Notes: generated from the letters alone by a model not told the origin. 64,000 bases of DNA from Vulcanimicrobiota bacterium (GCA_963714015.1 OY970223.1:1952001-2016000), one strand, 5' to 3'. Counted from the first letter of the stretch, positions 30,470 to 41,104 are shown. Made by a program: numbers and translations.

Positions 30470-31077
30470 GTACGCAAACTCTGAATCTCAACGAACTGCA
30501 GAAAGACGCGCTGAAAGAGGTCGGGAACATCGGTGCGGGTCACGCAGCGACCGCGCTCTCGCAGCTGCTCAACGCAAAGATCAACCTGAGCGAACCGCGC
30601 ATCGACGTTATTAAGTTTCGCGATCTCGCCACGCGCGTCGGCCACGAGAACCGCATGGTTGCCGCACTGCACATGTATATCCGCGGCGAAGCGCCCGGAC
30701 AAATCGTCGTTCTATTCGATCGGGAACAGGCGCTGGACTTCGTCGCGACGTTCCTCAAGCGCGTCATCGGCGACATCCAGATCTTCGACTCGATCTCCGA
30801 TTCGACGCTCAAAGAGATCGGCAACATCATCGCCGGCTCGTATCTGTCGGCAATCAACAATCTGACGGGACAGAACGTTCTGCCTTCGGTTCCGACGCTC
30901 TCGTACGGCACGATTCAGGCAGCCTTCCGGACCCTGATGTCGATTCTTCCCGATCAGGACGTGTTCTTGATCGAGAGCAGCTTCCTCGACAAAGAGAAAG
31001 AAGTCTCGGGCCAGTTCATCCTGATCCCCGAAACCGGTTCGCTCGGACCGTTGCTCGCCGTCTTCGGAGTCGAGTGA
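30466..31077 (+). CDS. cheC: CheY-P phosphatase CheC
   Basis: DALKEVGNIGAGHAATALSQL and STLKEIGNII (two ExxN sites); GTG overlaps the cheY stop. Confidence 0.92.
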   Translation: MSTQTLNLNELQKDALKEVGNIGAGHAATALSQLLNAKINLSEPRIDVIKFRDLATRVGHENRMVAALHMYIRGEAPGQIVVLFDREQALDFVATFLKRVIGDIQIFDSISDSTLKEIGNIIAGSYLSAINNLTGQNVLPSVPTLSYGTIQAAFRTLMSILPDQDVFLIESSFLDKEKEVSGQFILIPETGSLGPLLAVFGVE

Positions 31078-31104
31078 GCGCGCCGCCGAGGCGGCTTAGG
31101 TCTC

Positions 31105-33118
31105 ATGTCCGACGATTTATTCGATAGAAGCGAGTTCGTCTCGTACTTCCGCGACGAAGCGGAGGAACTGCTCCAGCAAATCGACGCCGATCTGCTTCAG
31201 CTCGAGGACTACGTCGCGTCCGGACGGGCAGACGACGAACTGGTCAACTCGCTCTTCCGCGCGCTGCATACGATCAAAGGCAGCTCCGGCATGCTGCAGT
31301 TCACCGACGTTCAAGCCTTGGCGCACAAGTTGGAGAACCTGTGCGATCTGCTGCGCAAGGAGCGCATGCCGCTCTCGGAGAGCTGCGTCGACATCCTCTT
31401 TGCAGGACGAGATTTTCTAACGGATCTTATCGAGTCGGCGATCGGCGCGAAAGAGCAGCCGTCGGGGCTCGGCGAATATTCGTCGCGGCTCGATTCATTC
31501 GTCGCGATCTACGAAGAGACCGCGAACGTCATCGAAGGCAAGTCCGCCGAATTGGTGTTTGCAGAAGCGGCCGCCGGAGAGCATGGGGGCCGGCGAACAG
31601 CAAGTCGCGGCGTTCGAAGCGGAGGTTGCGCGCATGCTCGAGCAGGCGCAGCTCGCCAAAGAATCCGCTCCGGCGCAGGTCGACAGCGCAGAAGCGCTCG
31701 ACGCCCTGACGCAGGAAGCCCTTTCCGGTTTGGTGAGCGCGCAAATCGAATTGCAGGCGGATCCGGCCAAAGCCGACGTCCCTCCCCCGCCGCCCGAAGT
31801 CGAAATGCCGGCAGCACCGAAAGCCAAAGATAGTAAAGACGGCAAGGAGCGCCGGGGCGCCGCGCATCAAACGATTCGCGTCGACATCGAGCGTCTGGAT
31901 CTGCTGCTCAATCTCGTCGGCGAACTCGTGATCAACCGCACGCGGATTTCGGATATCGCCGGCACGCTGGAGCGATCGCTCACCGGCAAGAACGGCGCAG
32001 CAGCGCATCTGAACGGCCACGCCAAAGACTTCATTCCTCTGGCGAAGGAACTAGCCGACAGTTCCGCATTGCTTGCGCGCACCACGAACGAAATCCAAGA
32101 GTCGATCATGAAGGTGCGGATGGTGCCGATCGGCCAGGTGTTCGATCGGTTTCCTCGTCTGGTGCGCGACGTCGCCAAAGCCCGCGGCAAAGAAGTGCAG
32201 CTGATGATCTCCGGCGCCGAAACGGATCTGGACAAGACGATCGTCGACGAGGTCGGCGAGCCGCTCATGCACTTGCTGCGCAACTGCGTTGACCACGGCA
32301 TCGAAACTCCGGATGAGCGCGAAAAACGGGGCAAGCCGCGACACGGTACGATTTCGCTCAATGCGTACCACGAAGGCAACCAGATCATCATCGAGGTCAG
32401 CGACGACGGCAACGGCATCGATTTGGAGAAGGTGCGCGCGCGCGGCGTCAAGCAGGGGCTCATCGGAGCCGAAGACCGCCTCTCCGACCGCGAGATCGTC
32501 GAATTGATCTTCACGCCAGGCTTCTCGACGGCCGAGGTAGTCAGCGACGTCAGCGGACGCGGCGTCGGCATGGACGTCGTCAAAAAGAACATCACCCGCC
32601 TCAAAGGCGTCTTCGACGTCAACACGGTCCCGGGCGCCGGCACGGCATTCACGATTAAACTCCCGCTGACGCTCGCGATCATTCAAGCGCTGCTGGTCCG
32701 CGTCGTGAACGAACTCTACGCGATTCCGCTGGACTCCGTCATCGAGTCGCAGCGCATCGAGATGCCCGACGTGCGGACCGTCCACGGAAATGAAGTGATC
32801 ACCCTGCGCGGGCAAGTGGTCCCGCTGGTGCGCGTTGCCGACTTTTTCGGTTTGGGCGGCCGGCGCGATCCGGAGAAGGTGATGATCGTCATCGTCGGTC
32901 TTCAAGGCCGTCAGGTGGGCCTGGTCGTCGACTCTTTTCAGGGCGAACAGGAGATCGTCATCAAGCCGCTCTCCGACGTCGTAGGCCGCATTGCCGGCAT
33001 CTCCGGCGCGACGATTCTGGGCAATGGGTCCATTTCGCTGATCATCGACGTTCACTCACTCGTTTCCGAAGCGTACAATAGCGGGCGCGTCGCGCGCGCC
33101 GAGTTTTCGGGGGTTTAG
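31105..33118 (+). CDS. cheA: Chemotaxis histidine kinase CheA (+1 indel near 31560-31590)
   Basis: Hpt FRALHTIKGSSG; LLNLVGELVI; HLLRNCVDHG; DDGNG; PGFST...SGRGVGMDVV; CheW-like P5 domain. Confidence 0.94.
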
Positions 33119-33121
33119 GCC

Positions 33122-33625
33122 ATGCAGACAATGGAACACAGGGACAAGACGCAGCTCTCCGGCGAGGTTGTGCAAGTCGTCTCTTTCCGGCTTGGGAATG
33201 AAGAGTACGGCGTCGACATCTCGCAGGTCCAAGAGATCATTCGCATGGTCGAGATCACGCACGTGCCGCGGGCGCCCCGCTTTATGGAAGGCGTCATCAA
33301 TCTGCGCGGCCAGCTGATTCCGATCATCGACTTGCGCACGCGCTTCGGCATGGCGCGCACGGAGCACACCAAGAGCACGCGCATCGTGGTCACGGAGATC
33401 GGGAGCAAGCGCGTGGGCATGGTCGTCGACAGCGTTTCGGAAGTGCTTAACATCCCCATGGAGCACGTCGAGGATGCCCCGGACATGATCGCCAGCGTGG
33501 GGACTGAGTATATTCAAGGCGTCGGCAAAGTGAACGACCGCCTCATCATCCTCCTCGACCTGACGATGGTCATCAACGGCGAGGAGAAGGCCCAGCTGGA
33601 GTCGGTCGAAACCTCAGCGGCTTAG
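33122..33625 (+). CDS. cheW: Chemotaxis coupling protein CheW
   Basis: FRLGNEEYG, VPRAP, GVINLRG, VDSVSEV. Confidence 0.95.
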   Translation: MQTMEHRDKTQLSGEVVQVVSFRLGNEEYGVDISQVQEIIRMVEITHVPRAPRFMEGVINLRGQLIPIIDLRTRFGMARTEHTKSTRIVVTEIGSKRVGMVVDSVSEVLNIPMEHVEDAPDMIASVGTEYIQGVGKVNDRLIILLDLTMVINGEEKAQLESVETSAA

Positions 33626-33646
33626 CTTCGCCGCTCCCGGGGGACC

Positions 33647-33704
33647 CTTAATTCCTTAGTTGACAGAGTGCCTCCCAGGAGGTATAGTCTACTAAGGAAT
33701 TAGT
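33647..33704 (+). promoter_or_regulatory. sigma70 promoter flanked by two putative BlaI-family operators
   Basis: TTGACA (33660-65), 17 nt, TATAGT (33683-88). TAATTCCTTAGT (33649-60) and ACTAAGGAATTA (33691-702) are perfect reverse complements; site core ACTAA-N4-TTAGT. Confidence 0.8.
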
Positions 33705-33718
33705 TTAGGAGGACACCT

Positions 33719-34102
33719 GTGGCCCGGAAGAAGTCGTCTACTCTAACAGAGGCGGAGTTGCGCTTGATGGAGGTGCTTTGGAACAAAGGACGGGCAACCG
33801 TCGCCGAAGTGACCGAAGCGCTGCCCCCGCCGCCGCTTGCCTACAACACCGTTCTCACCACCATGCGCATATTAGAGCAGAAGGGCTACGTCAGCCATAA
33901 GGAAGACGGGCGGGCGTACGTTTACCAGCCGCTCATCCAGCGTGACGATGCCGCCAATTCGGCCGTCGGCAATATTTTGCAACGGTTTTTCGGAAACAAA
34001 TCCGGAGCTTTGGCGCTACGATTAGTCGAAGAGAACCGCCCCAGCGACGAAGAGCTGGCGCGGCTGAAACGCCTTATCGAACAATACGAGGACGAACGGT
34101 AA
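33719..34102 (+). CDS. BlaI/MecI/CopY family transcriptional repressor
   Basis: LTEAELRLMEVLW, LAYNTVLTTMRILEQKG, GRAYVYQP, RFFG; SD AGGAGG. Confidence 0.92.
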   Translation: MARKKSSTLTEAELRLMEVLWNKGRATVAEVTEALPPPPLAYNTVLTTMRILEQKGYVSHKEDGRAYVYQPLIQRDDAANSAVGNILQRFFGNKSGALALRLVEENRPSDEELARLKRLIEQYEDER

Positions 34103-36292
34103 TGTTTTCCATGCTGAGCGCGCTCGAGCCCATTGCGGGAATCACTGTGGCAACGCTGTTCAACAGCTTGTGGGAAGCGGCGTTGCTGGCATTGATCGTT
34201 TGGACGATCTTGCGCATTGCGCCGAACGTCAGTGCGACGACGCGTTATGCGGCGTGGGCTTTCGCGCTGGCCGCCTCAATGCTGCTTCCGCTCGCGACCG
34301 CGATTCCGCAAATACAGATGCGGCATGCGGCCGCGCAGACGCCTGCGCGAACGACGGTGCAGCAACCGGCGCAGCCTGCGCATGTCGCGCGCCCGGCAGC
34401 GGCCGAGACGCAGTCGCGTCAAAGCGCAGCCTGCGCCCGTTCAGAACGTCGCGCCGGACTCCGCGGCGCGTTCGGTAAGCCTGCCGCTGCGCTTCCACTT
34501 CTCGGTTCCCGGATACGTGGCGCTCGGACTCTTTGCCGCATGGGCGCTTGCCGCCCTGGCGCTGCTCGTGCGCTTGGGAATCAGTCTTTACCGCTTGGAG
34601 CGTTTGAAGACGGACGCGCTGCCCTTGCCCATCGACTATCGCGAGCGTTTAGCGAAATGGGCTGCCGCCGACAAGGGCGGACGCGAGGTGCGTCTATGCA
34701 TCTGCGATCAGATCGAAGTTCCGGTTGCCGTGGGATTGTTCGATTCGATGATCCTGATACCGCAGCATCTGCTCGACACGCTCTCGCAAGACGAGATCGA
34801 TCAGATCATGCTGCACGAACTGGCACACTTGCGCCGCGCCGACGATTGGACGAACGGCGTACAGCGACTGATTCAAGCCTTATTTTTCTTCAACCCCGCT
34901 ATGTTGTTCATCGCGCAGCAACTCGATCTCGAGCGTGAAGTCGCTTGCGATGATTGGGTCGTGCGTCAGACGTCCAGCGTGCGTCCGTACGCGTCGTGCT
35001 TGACCAAAATGGCCGAGGTTACCGCGTGGCCGCATCGCGCAATGGCCGCACCAGGCGTCTTCGTAACGCGCCGCGGCCTTTCCGTTCGCGTCGAGCGTCT
35101 GCTTCGGGCAGGCCGCGACATCCGCACGAGCATTTCCTTTGGACCGGCCGGGACGGTCGTGGCGGCATTCGTCGTGCTGTTCTTCGTGCTGCAGACCGTT
35201 GCGCCGAGCTTCGCCTTCACGCAAGAAGACGTCGTGATTCCGGCCCAGCACGTGCAGGTTCCCGCGGAGACGATCAAACTGCCCGCGCGCGACGTCACGA
35301 CGGCCAAAGGCCGGCGCGTGCACGTTGCCGCCCAGACGATTCACGTGGGCGGGAGCACGCTCGACATTCCGCCGCAGCACCTTCACGTCGCGCGCCAGGT
35401 CTCTCAAGTCTCGCCGCCGGAGGTCACGATTCCGGGCCGTCGCTACAGCTCGCATAGTTCTTCGCGCACCACGTACGTTGAAGTTCCGAATCCCAACGTG
35501 CGCGTCAACGTACCCGCGGATCTGGGCGTGAACGCGGCAAACGTCGGAATGGAAGCCGCTAGTCAAGGTCTGCGCCAAGCGGCGCAGGCGCTCCAACATC
35601 GTGGCGATTCGCCCGCTGCGTGGCGATCGTACTCACAGGCGTATTCGCGCGCATTCTCGCACGCCTTCTCAAACGCATACGCGCATAGTGAAGCACAGGG
35701 CTTTAACTGCGTCGGCTGCGATTACACCAACCAGAACTTGGCCGGCAAGAGTTTCCGGGGTCAACGCTTCAACGGCGCCGATTTCAGCCACGACGATCTG
35801 CATGGTGCGGATTTCACGGGCGCGGTGCTGACCGGAGTCGATTTCAGCGACACCAACTTGCGCGGTGTGAGCTTCCGCGGTGCGAAGATGACGGGCTGCG
35901 ATCTTTCGCACGCGGACATCACCAATGCGTCGTTCGACGGCGCGGACGTGACCGGATGCGACGTCGACGCACGGTCGCTCGCTCCCGATCAAGCCGGACA
36001 ATGGCTGCGGACGTGCCGTAACGGGTGCGATTTCAAAGGAGCGAATCTGCGCGGGCAAGATCTGCACGGGCTCGATCTGACGGGCGTCGATCTTTCGAGC
36101 GCGGATCTGACGGGCGCGAATCTGGAGAATGCAAAACTCAGCGGCGTCGATTTCAGCGATGCGAAACTGGATGACGCAAAGCTTAGCGGCGCGGAGTTCG
36201 TCGGGTGTGACTTCAGCCGCGTTAATCTCGGTAACGTCGATATGAGCAACGCCCGCTTCACCGGAGACAAATTCGACGACAGCAGCCGGTGA
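34102..36292 (+). CDS. BlaR1/MecR1-type M56 peptidase fused to C-terminal pentapeptide repeats (+1 indel near 34420)
   Basis: N-terminal TMs, LHELAHLRRAD (HExxH), FFNP, EREVACDD, a further TM, then A(D/N)(L/F)xx repeats with CxxCD caps. Confidence 0.85.
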
Positions 36293-36393
36293 CGGGCGCT
36301 AATACAAACTAACACCATTTAAAAACCAAGCCCGATTCACTGCTCGCGGAGCGCGGGCTTGGTTTCCCGCGGCCTGGGACTGGGAGAAACGAT

Positions 36394-37059
36394 ATGACGG
36401 AAAGACTGAAAACTCTCGTATACTTGTTCTGCGCGCTGCTTGCAGCGCCGGCCCTGGCGCCGGTTGCGGTCCTTGCCTCGACCGGCGGCGTCCCGGCGAA
36501 CTGCACCGGTTGCGATCTCTCGCACATGGACTTTCAGGGGCGCGACCTGCGCAGCGTGACGTGGACGGGTGTCGACCTGCAAAACGCGGACTTGCGCGGT
36601 GCGGATCTGCGCGGCGCGCATCTCGTCGGCGCCGACATGGAACACGTTCGTATGGCCGGCGCGAAGGTCAACGGAGCCAAACTGGTCGGAGCCGACATGG
36701 AAGACTCGGATCTACGATCGCTCGATTTTACCGGCGCCGATTTGATCGGTACGGACTTCGAACGCAGCAATCTCTCCGGAACCACGTTCGCCGGGGACAA
36801 GATCGTCGGCGCTTCTTTTCGCGACAGTCTCTCGCAAAACGTAAATTTTAGCAATACGACGCTCTGCTTCCGGAATCGCGACGGCCGCGTTGCGTGCAGC
36901 GATTTCCGCGGCGCGGATCTGCGCGGCGCGAACTTCCAAGGCGCCCAAATCTGCGATTCGCACGACGACGAAGACGATCCGGCGCATTGCTGGGCGCTCG
37001 ACGCGGCAACGCTGCGCAGCGAAGGCCACGCCAATCTGGCAGGGGCCCGCGGGATCTAG
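36394..37059 (+). CDS. Secreted pentapeptide-repeat protein
   Basis: Signal peptide, NCTGCDL, then ADLRG/AHLVG/ADME repeats. Confidence 0.88.
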   Translation: MTERLKTLVYLFCALLAAPALAPVAVLASTGGVPANCTGCDLSHMDFQGRDLRSVTWTGVDLQNADLRGADLRGAHLVGADMEHVRMAGAKVNGAKLVGADMEDSDLRSLDFTGADLIGTDFERSNLSGTTFAGDKIVGASFRDSLSQNVNFSNTTLCFRNRDGRVACSDFRGADLRGANFQGAQICDSHDDEDDPAHCWALDAATLRSEGHANLAGARGI

Positions 37060-37101
37060 AATTCCCAGGGACCGGGGCGCTCGCAAGGTAACGTTGGCGG
37101 C

Positions 37102-37855
37102 ATGGTTTCTCGCCCTGCCGCCGCGTTGCTGATCGCCTTAGCCGTCCCCTCGCCCTCGCCCACGCCGCTAAAGACGATAACGCACGTGCGCGCGCAGCGA
37201 TTGTGCATCGGGCTCAAACGTGCGGTCTATCCGGCAGTTGGGCGCGTGCTCCAAGACGACCAGCTGATCGCTCAAAGCCGCCCGTTCTTCCGCGATTACG
37301 TCAAGCAGTCCGCGTCCGGCAATCATAGCGGAGTCGACCTCGACGTTGCACGCCTGGAACGTTACATCACCCCGCTCGTTCAAAATACCAAAGACGCCGA
37401 ATCCTATTTGAACGATTCGGTCTTTCCGCGCGTGCCCGCATCGAGCGGCGATCGCGATCTACTGGCAATTCGGCATGAGTTGCAAGAAGCGATCGCGCAG
37501 CAGAAGCTGGCTTTGAACCTCATCGGCGGCTTTACGGATACGCAGCAACTCGGTGAGTTGCAGCAGGAAGGCGAAGAATACCCCTCCGCTCCCGAAGGAG
37601 AAAGAGGGAGCTTCGCCGCCGCCGCAGCCCGCACCCAGCGAATCACCGAACGAGCTGCTGAACGCGGGCATTCCCAATCCGCAACGCTCGTCCGATCCGC
37701 GCTTCTCCACGACGAATTCCCTGGAAGGCTACAATCCGTTAAACGGCTTCGATCGGCAGATGGATACCTATCAGCAGAAAATCTCCGCAACCGAAGACGG
37801 CATATCGAAGGCGATTTTCAAAGCCGTCACCGAGTGCGGGGGAAAGGCACCGTAG
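37102..37855 (+). CDS. Secreted hypothetical protein (+1 indel near 37575-37610)
   Basis: Signal-like start and PSPSPTPLKTITHV; continues into ORF 37553..37855. Confidence 0.55.
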
Positions 37856-37914
37856 CGCCGTGGCATGGCCGTAAAGTTCAGCTTCCGCGTCTTGAAAACG
37901 CTGCAGTTTGACCG

Positions 37915-38363
37915 TCAATCTGCGGGGATTTTCCAAGTAAAGCCGGCGTAGTTTGCCAGTTCGCCGAGCGCGCCGTTCTTTTTGAACGCGCGCCGCCAAA
38001 CCCGCCGGGCATGGGCAACGTAGCGATCCCGATCGCGCCGCGCGCGCAGGGCAACGATATCGGCTTGGCATTTAACGGCCTGTTCTGCGAGCACGATGCA
38101 GTCGTGCGCGCAGCCGAGCTCGTCGGTCATTTGCGAGAGGAACTCCGCGACCGGCTGCAACTGCGGCAACTGTTTCTGAACCGCTCGATTGCAAAGCGAA
38201 GACGCTTGCACGCCAAACGAAAGGCGTGCATGGCTTCGCCGTCTTCGGCGAAAAGTGCGGGCTGAAGCTCCAAACACTCGGCAAACCGGACGCTCAGCAG
38301 CAGTGAAATCGCCTCATCGATACTCTGCGCGCCGTCGAAGCGCAGCGCTCCGTCCCTGCTTCA
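37915..38363 (-). CDS. CHAD-domain protein, second half-domain (frameshifted)
   Basis: Manual translation gives EAMHAFRLACKRLRFAIERF, then MTDELGCAHDCIVL in the next frame. Confidence 0.65.
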
Positions 38364-38804
38364 CGGCCGCAGATCCTGCGAAGTGCTCGGCTGATCGGGT
38401 CGCCGGAAGTTTGCGCCGCGCTTTTTTCCGGCGTTTGAGCAGGCGCCGTCGACGGCCTGCAGTTGTTCGCATTCCCGACCGAACGACATCTTCGCGAATA
38501 CGTGCTCCACGCGCTCGCGCAGGACGTCGGCGTCGCGAACTTTGCCCGCCCGCTCGTGCAATTCGTGAACGCGCTCCCGAAACTCGGGAGCAATGCCGGC
38601 GAGAGGCCCGAGATCGTCGAGCGCGGCGCGCAGACGCGCGAGTTGCTTGCGCGCGCTATGCAGCCGTTTCGCCGACCGCGGCTTTTTGCAATAGGCGGCA
38701 AGGGCCTCGACCCGCTTGCTTGACCTGGAAGCGGATGACTTCTTGAGCCCAAATTTCCAGTGCCCGGACTAGGGTTGCGCGGCGTCCACACGGCGATGCT
38801 TCAC
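38361..38804 (-). CDS. CHAD-domain protein, first half-domain (frameshifted, start uncertain)
   Basis: Manual translation gives KRLHSARKQLARLRAAL...AGKVRDADVL. Confidence 0.6.
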
Positions 38805-38835
38805 CGCCCCGGTCCAGGACCCCGCGAAAAGGCTA

Positions 38836-38864
38836 TTGACATCGAACATACGTTCGATTAGGAT
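38836..38864 (+). promoter_or_regulatory. sigma70 promoter with a Gram-positive-type LexA (Cheo/SOS) box in the spacer
   Basis: TTGACA (38836-41), CGAAC-ATAC-GTTCG (38843-56), TAGGAT (38859-64), 17-nt spacer. Confidence 0.88.
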
Positions 38865-38873
38865 CGTGGTCCC

Positions 38874-39626
38874 ATGGATGTGCAAACCGATTCCCGACCC
38901 ACCTTCGCGACCCTCAAGGCGGGGCTGGACGTGCGCGCCGCCGGGCGCATCGTGGCGGCTCGAACGGAGGCGTTTTCGACCGGTTTTCCGCAATTGGACC
39001 AGGCGCTGGGAGGCGGGTTTCCGAGAGGCGCCTTGGCTACGCTCGAAGGCGGTCCCAGCTCCGGACGAACGGCGATTCTGGCCGGCGTGCTGGCGCGGGC
39101 GACTCACTGCGGGCTGGCGGCAATCGTCGACGACGGTACGCTCTATCCGCCCGATCTCGAGCGCTCCGGCGTCTGTCTGGATCGCGTGCTCGTCGTGCAG
39201 GCTCAGGGACCCTGCGCAATTGCGCGCTGTACCGACATTTTGCTTCGTTCTCGCGTCTTTGCCGCGGTTGCGATGCCGGCGGTCTTACTGCGCGCAACGG
39301 TCTGGTCGCGGTTGTGCGGGCTCGCGCAAAAAGCCGGAACCGTGCTCGTTGCACTGGGGGCGCATGCTGCGATGGAGCTGGCCTACTTTGCCTCGACGCG
39401 CGTGCGGTGCGCCATCGAACGGGTTTCCTGGTCGCCCGCGTCGGGCGTGCTCCGTGAACTGTCCGGTTATGACGTCTGCGCGCATGTGCTCAAGCATCGG
39501 CGCGCTGCACCGGGCGCCGTTGCCCACATCCGGATCTCGGCAGAAGAAAGCGGCGCGCCTCTAAGGGGTGGACGCGCCGCAGTCCCTGCCGCCCGTCCGC
39601 TTCGCCTGGCGGGGGCAGGAGGGTGA
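38874..39626 (+). CDS. imuA: ImuA-like RecA-fold mutasome accessory protein
   Basis: STGFPQLDQALGGGFPRG, degenerate Walker A GPSSGRT, LYPPDL; first gene of the cassette. Confidence 0.8.
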   Translation: MDVQTDSRPTFATLKAGLDVRAAGRIVAARTEAFSTGFPQLDQALGGGFPRGALATLEGGPSSGRTAILAGVLARATHCGLAAIVDDGTLYPPDLERSGVCLDRVLVVQAQGPCAIARCTDILLRSRVFAAVAMPAVLLRATVWSRLCGLAQKAGTVLVALGAHAAMELAYFASTRVRCAIERVSWSPASGVLRELSGYDVCAHVLKHRRAAPGAVAHIRISAEESGAPLRGGRAAVPAARPLRLAGAGG

Positions 39627-39679
39627 GATGGATCAAGTTTACGCCGGAGCGTTTGCGCCGACATGGAGTTTTGATTAAA

Positions 39680-41104
39680 ATGCTGCTCTGCGTGCACGTG
39701 CCGGCATTCCGTTTGGCCGTGGCGCGGCGCGAACGCCCCGACGTTCCTGCAGACGAACCCGCGGTGCTCGCCGACAAAGCCGATCGCGGCCGCGTGATCG
39801 AACTCGATCCGCGCGCCCGGGCGCTTGGCGCGCGTATCGGGCAGACGGTACTGCAGGCGCGGGCCGCGTCGGGCGGGGTGCACGTGCTGGTGCACGATGC
39901 CGGACGTTCCCAGCGCGTGTGGAGCGATATGCTCGACGCGCTCGACGCGGTCTCACCCTTAATCGACGACAGCGGCGAGGGAACGGCGTATCTCGAAATG
40001 CGCGGCGCCTCCGGCGATGCAAACGTCTGGAAGAGCGGTGTGCAGTGCGCCCTGGAGCGTTTCGATCTGCCGGTGCGCACGGCGACCGGATCCAACAAGT
40101 TCCTGGCGCGCGCGCTCACGTACGCACCGGACGGCTGCATCGAACGTTTGCCGATCGACATCCTGCAGATAGAGCCGCGCATCGTCGAACGGTTGCGCTT
40201 GCTGGGCGTGCGCACGCTGGAAGATCTGGCGAAGCTGCCGCACGGACCGTTCGTCCGGCGTTTCGGCAAGGCCGCAGCAGAGTGGCACGAACGAGCGCGC
40301 GGCATCGATCCCACGCCGCTTCGTCCGCGCGCCCACGAACTGCAGATCGATGCGGCCGTCTTTGGTGAAGGGACCGCCGAACAAGAGGAGCAGGTGTACT
40401 TCGCAGTGCGCGTGCTGGCCGAGCGCATCTGCGCCGATCTGACCCGCGCAGGTAAGGCTGCAAGTTTGGTTCGCCTGACGTTCGAATGTGAAAACGGCGA
40501 CGTACGCGAGATCGACACCGGTTTTGCGCAGGCGACGGCCGATCCGCGCATGATGCTCGACGTCATGCGCGCGAAGCTGGAAGGCGCCGCGTTCGATGCA
40601 CCGATCACCGGTTTGCGCATGCAGGCGATGCGGCTCGAAGAGGGCGGCGCGCCGGCGGCACTCTTCGGGCAAAACGAGGTCGACCGCCAAGCCTTGGCGG
40701 TTGCGCTCGCGCGATTGCACGCCGCAACGGGAAGTGTGCCGCTGCGCCCTCACGTGCGCGCAGCAGCGAATTTCGAAGAGCGCTTCCGGTACGAGGGTTT
40801 CGATCCGTCGTTCGATCGGCTCTGCCCTTCGAGGCCGGTCGCCATGACCGGGGGGGCGAAAAACGTGGTGCCGCAACTGCGGCTTCTGACGGTACGAGAA
40901 GTTGCCGTGACGATGCGCGGCAACGCTCCGGAAAAAGTCGGCACTCGCGCAGTGCTCGACTGCGCGGGACCCTGGCGCGTCGACGACGGCTGGTTCGAGT
41001 CGCCGGTCGTGCGCGACGAGTTCGACGTGCTGCTCGACGACGGAATGCTTTGCCGCATCTATCGTCAAGGAGAGCATTGGTATCTGCGAGGTGCATATGA
41101 TTGA
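39680..41104 (+). CDS. imuB: ImuB, inactive Y-family polymerase homolog
   Basis: Y-family fold without canonical catalytic acids; LLGVRTLEDL, RRFG, C-terminal GPWRVDDGW...WYLRGAYD. Confidence 0.85.
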   Translation: MLLCVHVPAFRLAVARRERPDVPADEPAVLADKADRGRVIELDPRARALGARIGQTVLQARAASGGVHVLVHDAGRSQRVWSDMLDALDAVSPLIDDSGEGTAYLEMRGASGDANVWKSGVQCALERFDLPVRTATGSNKFLARALTYAPDGCIERLPIDILQIEPRIVERLRLLGVRTLEDLAKLPHGPFVRRFGKAAAEWHERARGIDPTPLRPRAHELQIDAAVFGEGTAEQEEQVYFAVRVLAERICADLTRAGKAASLVRLTFECENGDVREIDTGFAQATADPRMMLDVMRAKLEGAAFDAPITGLRMQAMRLEEGGAPAALFGQNEVDRQALAVALARLHAATGSVPLRPHVRAAANFEERFRYEGFDPSFDRLCPSRPVAMTGGAKNVVPQLRLLTVREVAVTMRGNAPEKVGTRAVLDCAGPWRVDDGWFESPVVRDEFDVLLDDGMLCRIYRQGEHWYLRGAYD

